DNA from: a virus
Lineage: Duplodnaviria > Caudoviricetes
Direction: 5' to 3' (one strand)
IMG/VR virus record: IMGVR_UViG_641509434_000001
Coordinates: 1 to 64,000 of that record
Length of the DNA: 64,000 bases
Below the pieces are notes generated by a model that did not search any database, was not told where the DNA came from, and worked only from the letters and a program-made list of their open reading frames with translations. A program made the position numbers and the translations under genes. Positions 18,945 to 29,196 of this stretch are shown piece by piece (position 1 is the first letter of the stretch; the number at the start of each line of letters is the position of its first letter).

Positions 18945-20072
18945 GTGGAAGATAATGATTACTGGTTGATAGAAAATTCCCCTTTTATAGATTTTCCTAA
19001 GATAATGAGTAAAGATTGGATAATTGGAGTATTGATTACTGGACGCAATCAAGGAAAAACATTTGGTTGGTGGCATTATTTTTATAAAGCTGCATTTCCT
19101 ACTAGAGAGGCATTTTGGAATGGTGAAATACATGAAAAGTTTGGTTCTATAGTAGGTAATCTACTAGAAGTAACTACTACAGATATGCAAAAATCAGCAG
19201 AAGATGTGCTGATGCCATATCTTGAAACAGGTCAGCAGGTTGAATTAGTTGTTCGAAAAGCTCAATGCTATTTGAGAATAATTTCTATCAATAATAAAGG
19301 CTTTAAAGAAGTATACTATGAACAAGTCATAGGAGTATATGCTTCTTTATCTCAACCTAATACAATGCGCCGTATTGGTGAACAAGGTATTACACTTGTT
19401 CTTATTGAGGAGTGCAACCCTGAAAAGGAAAATCATCCATTCGTAGGTAATGATACTTCTAAACTTTCATCTATCATAAAATCTATTACAAAAGGTAATG
19501 AAGATGAAAAACCAGTACGTATCCTCGCTATTGGTAACCAACAACTATTCCCATCAACAGTTCTTAAGTTTCTTAAGTTTGACGAAAATGACTTAGGTCT
19601 TAAAGATGGTCGATTATTCTTAATGGTTGACAGGCCTAAGGGGTTTAAGAAGAAATATGAAACTCTTATCTCAGATAATAGTGACTATGATAACTTTTCT
19701 AAACGTAAGTTAAATGATATTACTGAGCTAAAAGCTAAAAAAGAAACATATATTGAAAAATTTAAAGAAGTTCAACCAACAGTGTTTATTACAAACAACC
19801 AAGGAGTTTCTGTTGCTGGTTGGGTAACTCGCTTTGAAGGACGAGATGTACTATTTACAGTTTCTGATATTAAAGACTTATCAGAGTTCAGTGATAGTCT
19901 TGCTTATGAATTAAGTCCATTTACAGCAGAACGTAAACGGTTTGCTATGCAGTTGGATATAGTAAGAAAGTACTACTATATGAACTCAGTTGTTGTAGGT
20001 AAAGACGACCGAGATACTTATTATAGTTTGAACACTCTTGGATGTATTCCAAGCAAGAAAAGAGGAATTTAA
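18945..20072 (+). CDS. phi29 gp16-like DNA packaging ATPase
   Basis: N-terminal Walker A ITGRNQGKT, Walker B VLIEE; size and context. Confidence 0.7.
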   Translation: MEDNDYWLIENSPFIDFPKIMSKDWIIGVLITGRNQGKTFGWWHYFYKAAFPTREAFWNGEIHEKFGSIVGNLLEVTTTDMQKSAEDVLMPYLETGQQVELVVRKAQCYLRIISINNKGFKEVYYEQVIGVYASLSQPNTMRRIGEQGITLVLIEECNPEKENHPFVGNDTSKLSSIIKSITKGNEDEKPVRILAIGNQQLFPSTVLKFLKFDENDLGLKDGRLFLMVDRPKGFKKKYETLISDNSDYDNFSKRKLNDITELKAKKETYIEKFKEVQPTVFITNNQGVSVAGWVTRFEGRDVLFTVSDIKDLSEFSDSLAYELSPFTAERKRFAMQLDIVRKYYYMNSVVVGKDDRDTYYSLNTLGCIPSKKRGI

Positions 20073-20611
20073 TGAAATTAGATTATACAGTAAATTCTTT
20101 GAATGAAATAAAATCTAGTCGTCAAGGTGGAGTATTTAGTAGCATTCCTGACAAACCTTCAATTAAACGAAGTGAGCTAGGTGTTCCTTCAAATTTGCAA
20201 AAAGCAACTATGACTACTAAAGCAACATCATCAAACATGACGATGAAACAAAGAGTAGGGTCTAGCCATGTAGAAAATTCTATTGCTGTAATGACATCGG
20301 ATAAGTCTCAAAGAAATTCAATAAGAAACTTTGGATGGAACCCATATTCTAAGGCTGACTTAGCATTACAAAAAGTAAGAAAGAATTTAAGTAACACAGA
20401 TAGATTGGACTTTGTATCTAAATCTATTCACAACACTGCTTTCCAAAACCTTACTCCTCAAGATAAACAAAACATTCAAAAGATTGCTTACAATGAGGAT
20501 GCGGTTGCTAATATGCAGGCACAGAAAGCTGATACGCCAACTGTGCAAGGTAATATCAAACAACCAAGAAATACTCAACAAAATCAACAAGGAGCAAATC
20601 AAAATGGATAA
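20072..20611 (+). CDS. putative virion protein with DYxV leader and SRQGG motif
   Basis: MKLDYTVNSLNEIKSSRQGG; TAATG coupling. Confidence 0.75.
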   Translation: MKLDYTVNSLNEIKSSRQGGVFSSIPDKPSIKRSELGVPSNLQKATMTTKATSSNMTMKQRVGSSHVENSIAVMTSDKSQRNSIRNFGWNPYSKADLALQKVRKNLSNTDRLDFVSKSIHNTAFQNLTPQDKQNIQKIAYNEDAVANMQAQKADTPTVQGNIKQPRNTQQNQQGANQNG

Positions 20612-21245
20612 CAACTATCAAGTAGATATTAATGCAAATGTAACTAATGGTTCTTCTCGTATGGGTGGTAAATTTGGTGAAACAATTGCTAGACAGCTTA
20701 ATAAAAGCAATGAAAAAACTAAAGCACGACGTGATGCTTGGTCTAAGAAAAACCCACAACAAGCTAAATACATGCATGACCGTGGTAAATCAATCATTAC
20801 GCCAGGTGAACGAGCAGTTAAAGCTGGTGTAGGAGTTGCTATGGGAGCAGCTGGTGCTGTAGCATCAAATGCTATTAAAACTTCTTTAAACAAGAAAGTC
20901 AATGACAAACTTGATGAAGAAGGTGTCACAAATAAGTATGAACGAGACATGATCAACTCAACAGTTAATGGAGCAGTAACTTCTGCAACTAAAACTATTC
21001 CGCAAGGAATTAAAACTATGCGTGGTGGTTCTCGTCTTGGTGCAATTGGTCAAGGACTTATTGGTCGTGTTTATGACAAAAACTCTGAAATCTTTGTTAA
21101 TGGTTTGTCACCAGAACAGTTATCAATCCTGTTGAAAATCATTCCAGAGACAGACATGGATGCTTTACATGAAGCTATTCCTGGTTCAGAAGGTCATGAA
21201 CTTGCTTATATTCCAGTACAAACATTGAATACAATGGGGTTATAA
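20604..21245 (+). CDS. putative virion protein with leader, SRMGG/SRLGA motifs and Gly/Ala hydrophobic segment
   Basis: AAGGAG RBS; MDNNYQVDINANVTNGSSRMGG. Confidence 0.75.
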   Translation: MDNNYQVDINANVTNGSSRMGGKFGETIARQLNKSNEKTKARRDAWSKKNPQQAKYMHDRGKSIITPGERAVKAGVGVAMGAAGAVASNAIKTSLNKKVNDKLDEEGVTNKYERDMINSTVNGAVTSATKTIPQGIKTMRGGSRLGAIGQGLIGRVYDKNSEIFVNGLSPEQLSILLKIIPETDMDALHEAIPGSEGHELAYIPVQTLNTMGL

Positions 21246-21246
21246 T

Positions 21247-22341
21247 ATGAGCAAATATGATTATACAGTAGATATCAATAATGAATTGGTAGAAGAAGGA
21301 CGTCAAGGTAGTTCTAAAACTAGATTACTAGTAGGAGCTGCAGCAGGTGGACTTGCTGTTAATGCTCTTGCAGGTGGTGCTAGTAAGGTCGACAAACATA
21401 TTGAAAGTGAATTTCATCATCCTGACAACCGTCAAGGTGGTTTTGGAGACTTCTTAGGTGGCATCAGGGGAATTGACCCAATTGCTGGCTTTAAAGGTGA
21501 CTACAGTGGAGCTAAACAAGCATCTAAGTCTAGTAACTATCTTAAAGCAAATAAGAGTAGAGCCAACAACTTAAATGTTGACTTGAACCCAAGTGGTACC
21601 TTAGGTGGACCTACTACACAACAAGACTGGAAAGATGCTGACCAAATGACTAACTTAGCTCAAACTGGTCAACGTCGTAGATTGCAAACTAATACTGGTC
21701 GTACTGCTACACAAGGACAAGCTAATGTAGATAATGCAAACATTCAATCACAAGTAGGTGCACAAAATGCACTAAATAATTACAATTCTACTAGTACATT
21801 GAATAATACAAATATACAAAATGCACAACTTGGCTTTGATTCTACAAATTATAGAAACACTGCCAATAGTAATATCGCAAGTAATAACTACGATTCTACT
21901 ACTGCCCAAAATTCTGCTAAAGCTGCTGGAGCTATGAACTCTGCAGGTGTTGATATGTTTAAACAAGTCGCATCTGCTTATGATCCAAATGCTGTTGGTA
22001 CAGATGGTGTTGCTGGTGGAGCATTACCAGACATTACTTCTGCTCTTGAGAAAGGTGCAAATGCACAAACTCAACTTGCACAATCTAATGCTAATGCTCT
22101 TGGTACACGTAACTCTGCATACAACTTGGCAGAATCAAGTAATGCTGTAGCCTATGGTGGAATGAATAGTGATATCCAAAGTGCTAATACTGGTACAGCT
22201 AAAGCATACGGAACTATGAATTCTATAAATAGTGCTCACAACACATACTTAGCTAATGCTCAAACAGGTGCTATCCAAGGTAATCTTAACAATGCCTTGC
22301 AAGGATATGACCTTGATGATTCATATAACTATGGTAAATAA
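21247..22341 (+). CDS. putative internal virion/ejection protein with leader and GRQGS/NRQGG motifs
   Basis: MSKYDYTVDINNELVEEGRQGS; N/A/Q-rich helical body. Confidence 0.75.
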   Translation: MSKYDYTVDINNELVEEGRQGSSKTRLLVGAAAGGLAVNALAGGASKVDKHIESEFHHPDNRQGGFGDFLGGIRGIDPIAGFKGDYSGAKQASKSSNYLKANKSRANNLNVDLNPSGTLGGPTTQQDWKDADQMTNLAQTGQRRRLQTNTGRTATQGQANVDNANIQSQVGAQNALNNYNSTSTLNNTNIQNAQLGFDSTNYRNTANSNIASNNYDSTTAQNSAKAAGAMNSAGVDMFKQVASAYDPNAVGTDGVAGGALPDITSALEKGANAQTQLAQSNANALGTRNSAYNLAESSNAVAYGGMNSDIQSANTGTAKAYGTMNSINSAHNTYLANAQTGAIQGNLNNALQGYDLDDSYNYGK

Positions 22342-22380
22342 TAGTTATAACTAATAATATACTTATGAGGAGAGTTCATA

Positions 22381-22836
22381 ATGATTGAAACTTATTTTGA
22401 AAACGCAAATTCTACCATCGAGAAACTACACTCGATGTTTGATAGAATGATTAGCACAGCAGACTCTATTAGCTTAGAGTTTGTCTCAGATGAAGACTCT
22501 GTAGAGGTAGACATTGATGCTGCTTCTTCAGACAATTCACGATTCCAAGCAGCTTGTGTGGCTGCTAAAGAAGCACTTAATGATATTCAAACTGGTATCA
22601 CACAAACTAAGAACCGGTTTGATACATTATCAAGCACAGTTTCTAGACGTAAAGCACAATTAGAGTTTGTTGATAATTCAATGGCTAAAATTGCTGCTGC
22701 TGAAACCTCTAAAAATGCTGATGAACTTATTGACGAAGTTACATCTCCTAAGAAAGACTTTGCTGCTCTTAAAGCACAATATCCAGACTTTACAGATGAA
22801 CAAATCAATATTCTACTAAATGCAGGAGGTAAATAA
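22381..22836 (+). CDS. coiled-coil protein (possible scaffold)
   Basis: GAGGAG RBS; helical and acidic. Confidence 0.65.
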   Translation: MIETYFENANSTIEKLHSMFDRMISTADSISLEFVSDEDSVEVDIDAASSDNSRFQAACVAAKEALNDIQTGITQTKNRFDTLSSTVSRRKAQLEFVDNSMAKIAAAETSKNADELIDEVTSPKKDFAALKAQYPDFTDEQINILLNAGGK

Positions 22837-22838
22837 TT

Positions 22839-23243
22839 ATGCCTAGTTACTTAACATCAAAAACATTTCCACAAAAATTACAACTTACACCAGATGAAAT
22901 TTATGACATCATCAATGCGCCAATGAAAGAAATGGAAAAATCTGACTTACTCAGTAATGACCAATCTATGATTGACTTAATTGTTGAAACTATGCCACCT
23001 AACTTATCAATGGAACTTTCTCGTGACATTAGTAAAATTCGTGACTTATTCCAACAACTTGTTGAAGATGATGAACGTTATGCTAAACTTGTAAAAGAAG
23101 CAGCATCTCGTGTAGGCTCAGTACGTGAAGCTACTAGAGAAGAAGAAGATGAAGCACAGCAAAAACTTCGCGAAAGTGAAAATATGCAGAAGAAAGCTGA
23201 GGAATTACTGGAGAATGCTCGTAAAGCACGGGAGGGTAAATGA
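22839..23243 (+). CDS. coiled-coil protein
   Basis: GGAGG RBS; ends ...KAREGK. Confidence 0.7.
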   Translation: MPSYLTSKTFPQKLQLTPDEIYDIINAPMKEMEKSDLLSNDQSMIDLIVETMPPNLSMELSRDISKIRDLFQQLVEDDERYAKLVKEAASRVGSVREATREEEDEAQQKLRESENMQKKAEELLENARKAREGK

Positions 23244-23908
23244 TGAACCCAAGATTAGACAGTAAATTTCGTGAAGAACTTCGCCACATGACTCCGAAGA
23301 CTGCTTTGCTTACACACTTAATGGACTATTGGACATCAGAAATCAAGCCCAACTTAGACGATTTTTCCACTATTGGCAAGGAAGTCAAGGTTGTAGGAAA
23401 CAACACTGAAGATTACATCATCCTACATGATGATGGTGTAGTCTTAATTGGGCAAATTGATTACTGCCACTATGGTCCCTTCAATGGATTCTCAAGTGGA
23501 CCTCTTACTCCTCGTCAATTGAGTATTGGTATTGATGTACTCAACAATCCTCGTATTATTCAGTTGATGAATCAGCAAGAAAAACGTAACAAGAAACGAG
23601 TAATTGCAACTACTCTTCCTATAGATTCTATTAATGTTGTAACACGTACGATTATTTCAGGTAACTACAGTTTTCCTATTTCAAATGTTGAAATTGATCA
23701 AGATTCTAAAACATTCATTATCAAAACATTGAAATCACGAGACAACAAACTTTACCAAGATTATCAATTAATTGAAAATATTATGCCTAAGGAGATTATT
23801 ATAGATGAATCCCACAATAGACTTTCTAGTGTCGATTCAGGAGAGTTACAAAATTCCGCTAACAGCATCGGAAATGACCCTACTGAAGACACTCATTCAA
23901 AAGACTGA
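23240..23908 (+). CDS. hypothetical protein
   Basis: GGAGG RBS, 222 aa. Confidence 0.7.
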   Translation: MMNPRLDSKFREELRHMTPKTALLTHLMDYWTSEIKPNLDDFSTIGKEVKVVGNNTEDYIILHDDGVVLIGQIDYCHYGPFNGFSSGPLTPRQLSIGIDVLNNPRIIQLMNQQEKRNKKRVIATTLPIDSINVVTRTIISGNYSFPISNVEIDQDSKTFIIKTLKSRDNKLYQDYQLIENIMPKEIIIDESHNRLSSVDSGELQNSANSIGNDPTEDTHSKD

Positions 23909-24353
23909 TTCTCCTAAAATATTTGACGCACCAGAAGAGTTTGAATTCTTAATTGGAACAGCTGGTGTGGGATATGCTAAAATAAAACAAAGTAGTGATA
24001 AAGGACTATTTGAAGAAGCTCCTCTATCTGGAGTAACTCGTGATGGTTGGGCAAAAACCGGTGGAAAATATAGTTCACCACTTAATGTTGCAACATCATT
24101 GTCTTATTTCTACAATTACTTGAAATACAAGTATGAACAACCTATTTTAGATGTAAGTCCCTATGGTCATCTTCCTAATCATCCTTTAAATTTGTTTATA
24201 AAGAACAACAGCCCCATTGTTAATATTCTACCTGAAGTCATTACTGACTATGTAGAGTATAATAAGTGGTCAATTCTTACAGTGGATAAAACTTACAAAG
24301 CATACATTCCTGTGGAAGATACTAGTAGGAAGGATATAATGGACATCGAATGA
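23805..24353 (+). CDS. hypothetical protein
   Basis: AAGGAG RBS; ~100-nt overlap with the upstream ORF. Confidence 0.65.
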   Translation: MNPTIDFLVSIQESYKIPLTASEMTLLKTLIQKTDSPKIFDAPEEFEFLIGTAGVGYAKIKQSSDKGLFEEAPLSGVTRDGWAKTGGKYSSPLNVATSLSYFYNYLKYKYEQPILDVSPYGHLPNHPLNLFIKNNSPIVNILPEVITDYVEYNKWSILTVDKTYKAYIPVEDTSRKDIMDIE

Positions 24354-25309
24354 CATTTTTAGAAACTGATGCCAGAGAAGTCATTGAAACTTTTACAAAT
24401 CAGAATCTACATAGATTTTATAATATGCTTCCAACTATGATTACTTGGGAGTGTGCTAACAAAGACCCAGACTATAGATTATCTTCAATGCAAGTTGAAA
24501 AGAATTTACGACTAGGTACAGGTCTTTGTGTACTAGGTAGAGATATTGCAAATAACTTTACTTACTTATCTGACAACTTAACTCGCCCATTTCCTGGTAT
24601 TGTCCCTCTTTGTGAGTGGAAACCAGAAAATATGACAATCGCTGGTGCAGAAAACCCAGGTGCACCTCTTATCATTGTGACAAATCAAACTCCAATGATA
24701 TCTCAAAGACTAGCTATGGATATTAGACGTGGTATCATATCAGGTCTATCTTCTGACCTTGCAGCTATTAGAATTGCAAGTGAAGAAATTGGAACTTTAC
24801 AGTACTTACGTTATGCTAATGCAACTCAATTGAACAGACAAGCATTTATCTCTGGTCCATCCAAAGAAGCAGTTCGTGATACTCAAGAACAAATTCAAAG
24901 TTTATCTCCATTTGTAGGAATTGTAACTACTGATGAAACATCTACTAATGCTAGCAATTTTGTAGAAGGCTCAATTACATCTCAGTCAATCAACAGTGTT
25001 GACAGAATGCAATCCTTTACGCAACAAATGGACTCAATTGAAAGAAACTTACTTACTCAGTTAGGTGTTCCTACAATGGAAACTTCTAATGAACGACGTG
25101 TTCAAGCAGAAGTTGAAGCACTTAAGTCTGAACCTCAAGTATATGCAGCAACTTATCAAAAACCTCGAGAAGAATCAGCTCGTCTTATTCTAGAATCTGA
25201 AGGTTACGAAGTTAAGCCTGTATTTACAATGTCATGGCAACAACCAATGTATCCAGGTAGCTCTGCTCTTATGGGACTTGGTCAGTTACCAATGAATCCA
25301 GTTCAATAG
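24350..25309 (+). CDS. portal/connector (phi29 gp10-like upper collar)
   Basis: LLTQLGVPTMETSNERRVQAEV resembles the connector LT.LGI.....KKER...EV motif; 319 aa. Confidence 0.7.
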   Translation: MTFLETDAREVIETFTNQNLHRFYNMLPTMITWECANKDPDYRLSSMQVEKNLRLGTGLCVLGRDIANNFTYLSDNLTRPFPGIVPLCEWKPENMTIAGAENPGAPLIIVTNQTPMISQRLAMDIRRGIISGLSSDLAAIRIASEEIGTLQYLRYANATQLNRQAFISGPSKEAVRDTQEQIQSLSPFVGIVTTDETSTNASNFVEGSITSQSINSVDRMQSFTQQMDSIERNLLTQLGVPTMETSNERRVQAEVEALKSEPQVYAATYQKPREESARLILESEGYEVKPVFTMSWQQPMYPGSSALMGLGQLPMNPVQ

Positions 25310-25389
25310 AAAAAGGGTATTATGACACTAATAATTGCTGGTAGAGACCCAACGTCATTACTAGAATATCTAGAGAAAGGAGAAATTTC

Positions 25390-25572
25390 ATGAACAAGTT
25401 TGATTTTACAGTTTATGCAAAAATCAAAGCTAAACGTGATGAAGCAGTGAAAGATTTGCGAAAAATTAACTTATCAACAGATAAGTCTGTGGATAGAACT
25501 GCTGAAATCTCTGCTATTACTAGCTTAATTTCTGCACTTAATGCTCAACTGCAGGAGATTGTATATGGCTAA
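25390..25572 (+). CDS. small protein with DFTV N-terminus
   Basis: AAGGAG RBS; MNKFDFTVY. Confidence 0.65.
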   Translation: MNKFDFTVYAKIKAKRDEAVKDLRKINLSTDKSVDRTAEISAITSLISALNAQLQEIVYG

Positions 25573-25975
25573 TTTAGATTACTCTGTAGATATACAAGGA
25601 ATAATGACAAAGGATGCTTTGAGTAGAGAAGGTGCCACACTATCTGGCATTGCTCAAGCAGGTAAAGCAGCTTACAAAAAGACACCCGAAATGTTAAATA
25701 AAGCCAAAGGAATGGCTTATGAAAATGTTCCATTTGCTAAAAAAGTAGGTAACTTATCAAAATCTAAAGTAGGCTTAGGAGCAGGTATGACAGCTTTGGC
25801 TGTTGCACCTGTTGCTATTAGTGCTGCTGATTCTGCAACAAGAGTCAGCGATTATGCACCTTATGCTGGAGCATCACAGCCTATGCAAACTGACATTTCT
25901 GCATTAACAAACAATAATACAAACGATGCATACTCTGTAAATACCTCTGGTATTACAAATGCAACTTATCACTAA
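25565..25975 (+). CDS. putative virion protein with leader and SREGA motif
   Basis: GGAG RBS; MANLDYSVDIQGIMTKDALSREGA. Confidence 0.75.
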   Translation: MANLDYSVDIQGIMTKDALSREGATLSGIAQAGKAAYKKTPEMLNKAKGMAYENVPFAKKVGNLSKSKVGLGAGMTALAVAPVAISAADSATRVSDYAPYAGASQPMQTDISALTNNNTNDAYSVNTSGITNATYH

Positions 25976-25996
25976 AATAATAGGAGAAATTCAATA

Positions 25997-26710
25997 ATGA
26001 ACGAATTTGAACAAGGTGTTGAATACACTGATGACAACTTAGTAACTATGGTCCAAGAAGACCAAGCTGCAGTGGAAGCTGCTGCTGGTGGAACTGATAA
26101 AGACTTCGTAGCAGACACAACTGAAGGAGCTAATCCAGAAGGACTCATCGACGAAGATGGTGAAGTAATTCCTGAAGGTGGAGCTCGTGAAGGTGGAGTA
26201 GTAGGCGACTATGCTAAAGCTCAAGGTAAAGCACAAGTAAATGGTGCTATCCACCCATTGAAATCTAAACGTGCTAAAGCCCAAACTAAAGAAGACCGTT
26301 ATGCTAATGGGGAAAACGTTGTAAGTCGTAATGTACGCCCTTACTCTACTTCAGAACTTAACAAACAAGCTGACCTTGTAAGTAAGAAACCTGGCTATGG
26401 TCGTGAAGGTGCAAGTGAAGTAATGGCTCTTGGTGCTAATGGTCGTCCAATTCTTGACGTAACACCTAAAGCTGGTATGTCAGGTAAAGCTAAAGCAGGT
26501 ATTGCTGCTGGTATTGGCGCTGCTGCTGCAGGAGTTGGAGCTGCTGCTTATGCTAAACGCAAACGTGATGAACGTAAAGGCGGAGATGAAGAAATGATTG
26601 AAGAACCATTTGTAGAATCAGCACCAGTAGACTTTAGTGACCCAGTTGAAGCTAACTATGGATCTATTCAAGCCGCTGTCGGTTACGCAATGCAAGACCA
26701 CCGTTTATAA
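25997..26710 (+). CDS. scaffold-like protein with AREGG/GREGA/ERKGG motifs
   Basis: Acidic termini and Gly/Ala segment; immediately upstream of the capsid gene. Confidence 0.65.
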   Translation: MNEFEQGVEYTDDNLVTMVQEDQAAVEAAAGGTDKDFVADTTEGANPEGLIDEDGEVIPEGGAREGGVVGDYAKAQGKAQVNGAIHPLKSKRAKAQTKEDRYANGENVVSRNVRPYSTSELNKQADLVSKKPGYGREGASEVMALGANGRPILDVTPKAGMSGKAKAGIAAGIGAAAAGVGAAAYAKRKRDERKGGDEEMIEEPFVESAPVDFSDPVEANYGSIQAAVGYAMQDHRL

Positions 26711-26731
26711 GAATTATTAATATAGAATAAT

Positions 26732-26783
26732 GTTTAATATAATTATACGTAAAGCCTAGAAACTTAACCTCAGGATAACCGTC
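26732..26783 (-). repeat. 52-bp conserved intergenic element, copy D
   Basis: Reverse complement gacggttatcctgaggttaagtttctaggctttacgtataattatattaaac. Confidence 0.8.
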
Positions 26784-26813
26784 TAATTATATATAATTTA
26801 AGGAGAAAATTAA

Positions 26814-28148
26814 ATGCCATCAATTTCATCAATCGGAGCTGGTTCACAAGCTTCTATCGCACATTCAACTGCTAATGCAAACATCCAATCAGACTGGACT
26901 GATGCATTGTTAATGACACAACATAGCAAACTCTATGTTGACTATGGTTCAAACATGAACCCATTGTCTGACTTCGTTACTCACAACGATACTCAATTCG
27001 GTGGTTTCATCCAAATGTTCGGTCTTAACTTGGCTACTGCTCACTACGCAAACAGCCCATCTAAGATCCGTGACGTAAACCCTGCTGTCCTTGAATCTCC
27101 AAGTATCATTGCAGAAATCGTTAAGAAAGAACGTTCTGCTAAATTCTTGCTTTCAATCGACGAATCAGAAGTTATCAAAATCAACTCTTCACCAGCTGAA
27201 GAAGCTGCCTTCATTGAAGCCAACGTTGCTAACTTGTACAAATCTAACTCATATGACGAATACTTCCACCTTGGTGGTATCTTGCTTGAGTCTGTAACTG
27301 GTCACGTATTCAACGTACAACTTATCAAAGATCCAGCTAAATCTGATGCTGTTGCATTCAAACAAGTAGCTAAATCACTTAATGTGGCTGCTGCTGAAAT
27401 GCTCTTGCCAACTGCAAACTACAACCCTTACGGACGTATTGTTGCAACTGACTCTGTTGATAACCTCCGCTTCATCACTACACCTGGTACTCAATTTGAA
27501 GTTAATGCTTGGCTTGCTGACCGTTACCACAAAACACTTGTTGACATGGGTGTCCAAACTACATTGGTTACTGAAGACCTCTTCGCTGAACGTTGGATCT
27601 ATGCTACTGCACACACTGCAACTGCACAAGACTTCACTGTTCAAGCTGACAGTACTCGTTGGTTAGACCCATTCACATTCGCTGTTAATGATGTTATCCC
27701 TGCTGGTTCATACGCTATGCCAGGTGCTGAAGGAGCTGTCCCAGTTGTTTCAGAAGCTGATGCTAAACGTTTCGTAGGAGCATTGTTAGACGAACGTGCA
27801 TTTGGTCTCCGTGACCGTATCCCTGCTGCATTGTACCCAGAACGTTCAAATCGTGGTTTGGTATCAAACATCTGGTTGCAAGTACGTCAATGGGCTTACT
27901 CAACAGGTCTTGTTAATACTCTTGCATTCTATGCAGAGTTGGATGCAGAACCTAAACTTACAGGTGCGGGTACATGGGTAGACGGTACAGATAATCGTAC
28001 TATCTTGTTCGATGCATCTGCTGTATCTGGTGTTAAAGTAGGTGACTACGTAACATTCACAGTTGATAGTAAAGAAGTTGTCGGCTCAGTAGCTAAAGTT
28101 GACGGTGCCAACTCTTACGCTACAGTAGCAATTGGTCTTAACAAATAG
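26814..28148 (+). CDS. major capsid protein (phi29 gp8-like)
   Basis: NPLSDF...FGGFIQ N-terminal pattern; strongly biased high-expression codons (TTC, ATC, AAC, TAC); 444 aa. Confidence 0.8.
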   Translation: MPSISSIGAGSQASIAHSTANANIQSDWTDALLMTQHSKLYVDYGSNMNPLSDFVTHNDTQFGGFIQMFGLNLATAHYANSPSKIRDVNPAVLESPSIIAEIVKKERSAKFLLSIDESEVIKINSSPAEEAAFIEANVANLYKSNSYDEYFHLGGILLESVTGHVFNVQLIKDPAKSDAVAFKQVAKSLNVAAAEMLLPTANYNPYGRIVATDSVDNLRFITTPGTQFEVNAWLADRYHKTLVDMGVQTTLVTEDLFAERWIYATAHTATAQDFTVQADSTRWLDPFTFAVNDVIPAGSYAMPGAEGAVPVVSEADAKRFVGALLDERAFGLRDRIPAALYPERSNRGLVSNIWLQVRQWAYSTGLVNTLAFYAELDAEPKLTGAGTWVDGTDNRTILFDASAVSGVKVGDYVTFTVDSKEVVGSVAKVDGANSYATVAIGLNK

Positions 28149-28161
28149 ACCTAAAAGAGCT

Positions 28162-28225
28162 TAGGCTCTTTTATCAGCATATGACAACTCTCCTGTCATG
28201 TGTTGGTAAAAGAGCCTATTTTCTT
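28162..28225 (+). terminator. 25-bp stem-loop/terminator after the capsid gene
   Basis: taggctcttttatcagcatatgaca-actctcc-tgtcatgtgttggtaaaagagccta followed by TTTTCTT. Confidence 0.7.
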
Positions 28226-28252
28226 AATATTACATTTTAAGGAGAAATAAAT

Positions 28253-28465
28253 ATGACATATAGCCCATTTGAGTCATTGAACTCAGACAGAATTACAGAT
28301 ACAAAAGAGGCTGCTGACTATCTTATTGCAGATGTCTTAAACCGCCCTGTAACTTATCCAGAATTTGATAGCAAAGGCAATCCAATTCCAAGTTATCTAG
28401 GTCGTGTTTCAGATAAAATTGTAAATGGTCAGGACCGTGCAGTTAAAGTGAAAGGAATGAAATAA
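28253..28465 (+). CDS. hypothetical protein
   Basis: AAGGAG RBS. Confidence 0.7.
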   Translation: MTYSPFESLNSDRITDTKEAADYLIADVLNRPVTYPEFDSKGNPIPSYLGRVSDKIVNGQDRAVKVKGMK

Positions 28466-28914
28466 TGAATAGATTAGATTATCATGTTGACATCACCAAC
28501 AAAATCGAAAAATGTGATGGTCGTGAAGGAGCCCGTCAAGGTGCTTTAGGTGATGTTAAAGATCAAATGATGATTGCTCAACAACAAGCAATGGCTAAAC
28601 AAAAAGCTGAAGCTCAACAGCAAGCTCAAATTTCTACCATTCGTGCAACACAAGCTGCACAAGATATTCCTGTAATCAATCAACAAGAACAACAAATTAA
28701 TGTTCTTACTCAATCATTGCAAGATGCTCAATCACAAAATATGCAATTACAAGGTGCAGTTCAAGAAGCTACTGCAGTAGCACAAGATGCTCAAGCACAA
28801 GCTGACCAAGCTGCCAATGTTATTAATACAGCTAATGTATTGACACAAATGCAAGCAGAGAACCCAGACTCTCCAGTTATCTTGGCTGCTGCCAATGATG
28901 CTACAGGAGAGTAG
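28465..28914 (+). CDS. Q/A-rich coiled-coil protein with leader and tandem GREGA-RQGA motifs
   Basis: MNRLDYHVDITNKIEKCDGREGARQGA. Confidence 0.75.
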   Translation: MNRLDYHVDITNKIEKCDGREGARQGALGDVKDQMMIAQQQAMAKQKAEAQQQAQISTIRATQAAQDIPVINQQEQQINVLTQSLQDAQSQNMQLQGAVQEATAVAQDAQAQADQAANVINTANVLTQMQAENPDSPVILAAANDATGE

Positions 28915-28926
28915 ATAAGGAGACTT

Positions 28927-29148
28927 ATGGATACTCAATCTTTACTTAAAAGAGACGATAATATCTTTGCTACAACTGGTCTCATTATGAATGAGTTTCA
29001 AGACCCTGATGCTCACAGAAGTGTCTATGAGCGTCATTGTGGTAGGCTTGGTGGGGGCTATGCAGGAAGTGGTAGTGTAACAACTTACGCTACTGAAGCA
29101 AGTCCTTGTCAAGACATTATTGATTTCGTTATGAAAGGTGGCATGTAA
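28927..29148 (+). CDS. small protein with GRLGG motif
   Basis: AAGGAG RBS. Confidence 0.65.
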   Translation: MDTQSLLKRDDNIFATTGLIMNEFQDPDAHRSVYERHCGRLGGGYAGSGSVTTYATEASPCQDIIDFVMKGGM

Positions 29149-29196
29149 TATGTCATCTGGAGAGAAACTATAAGAAAGAAATAAAGAAGGAAATTA

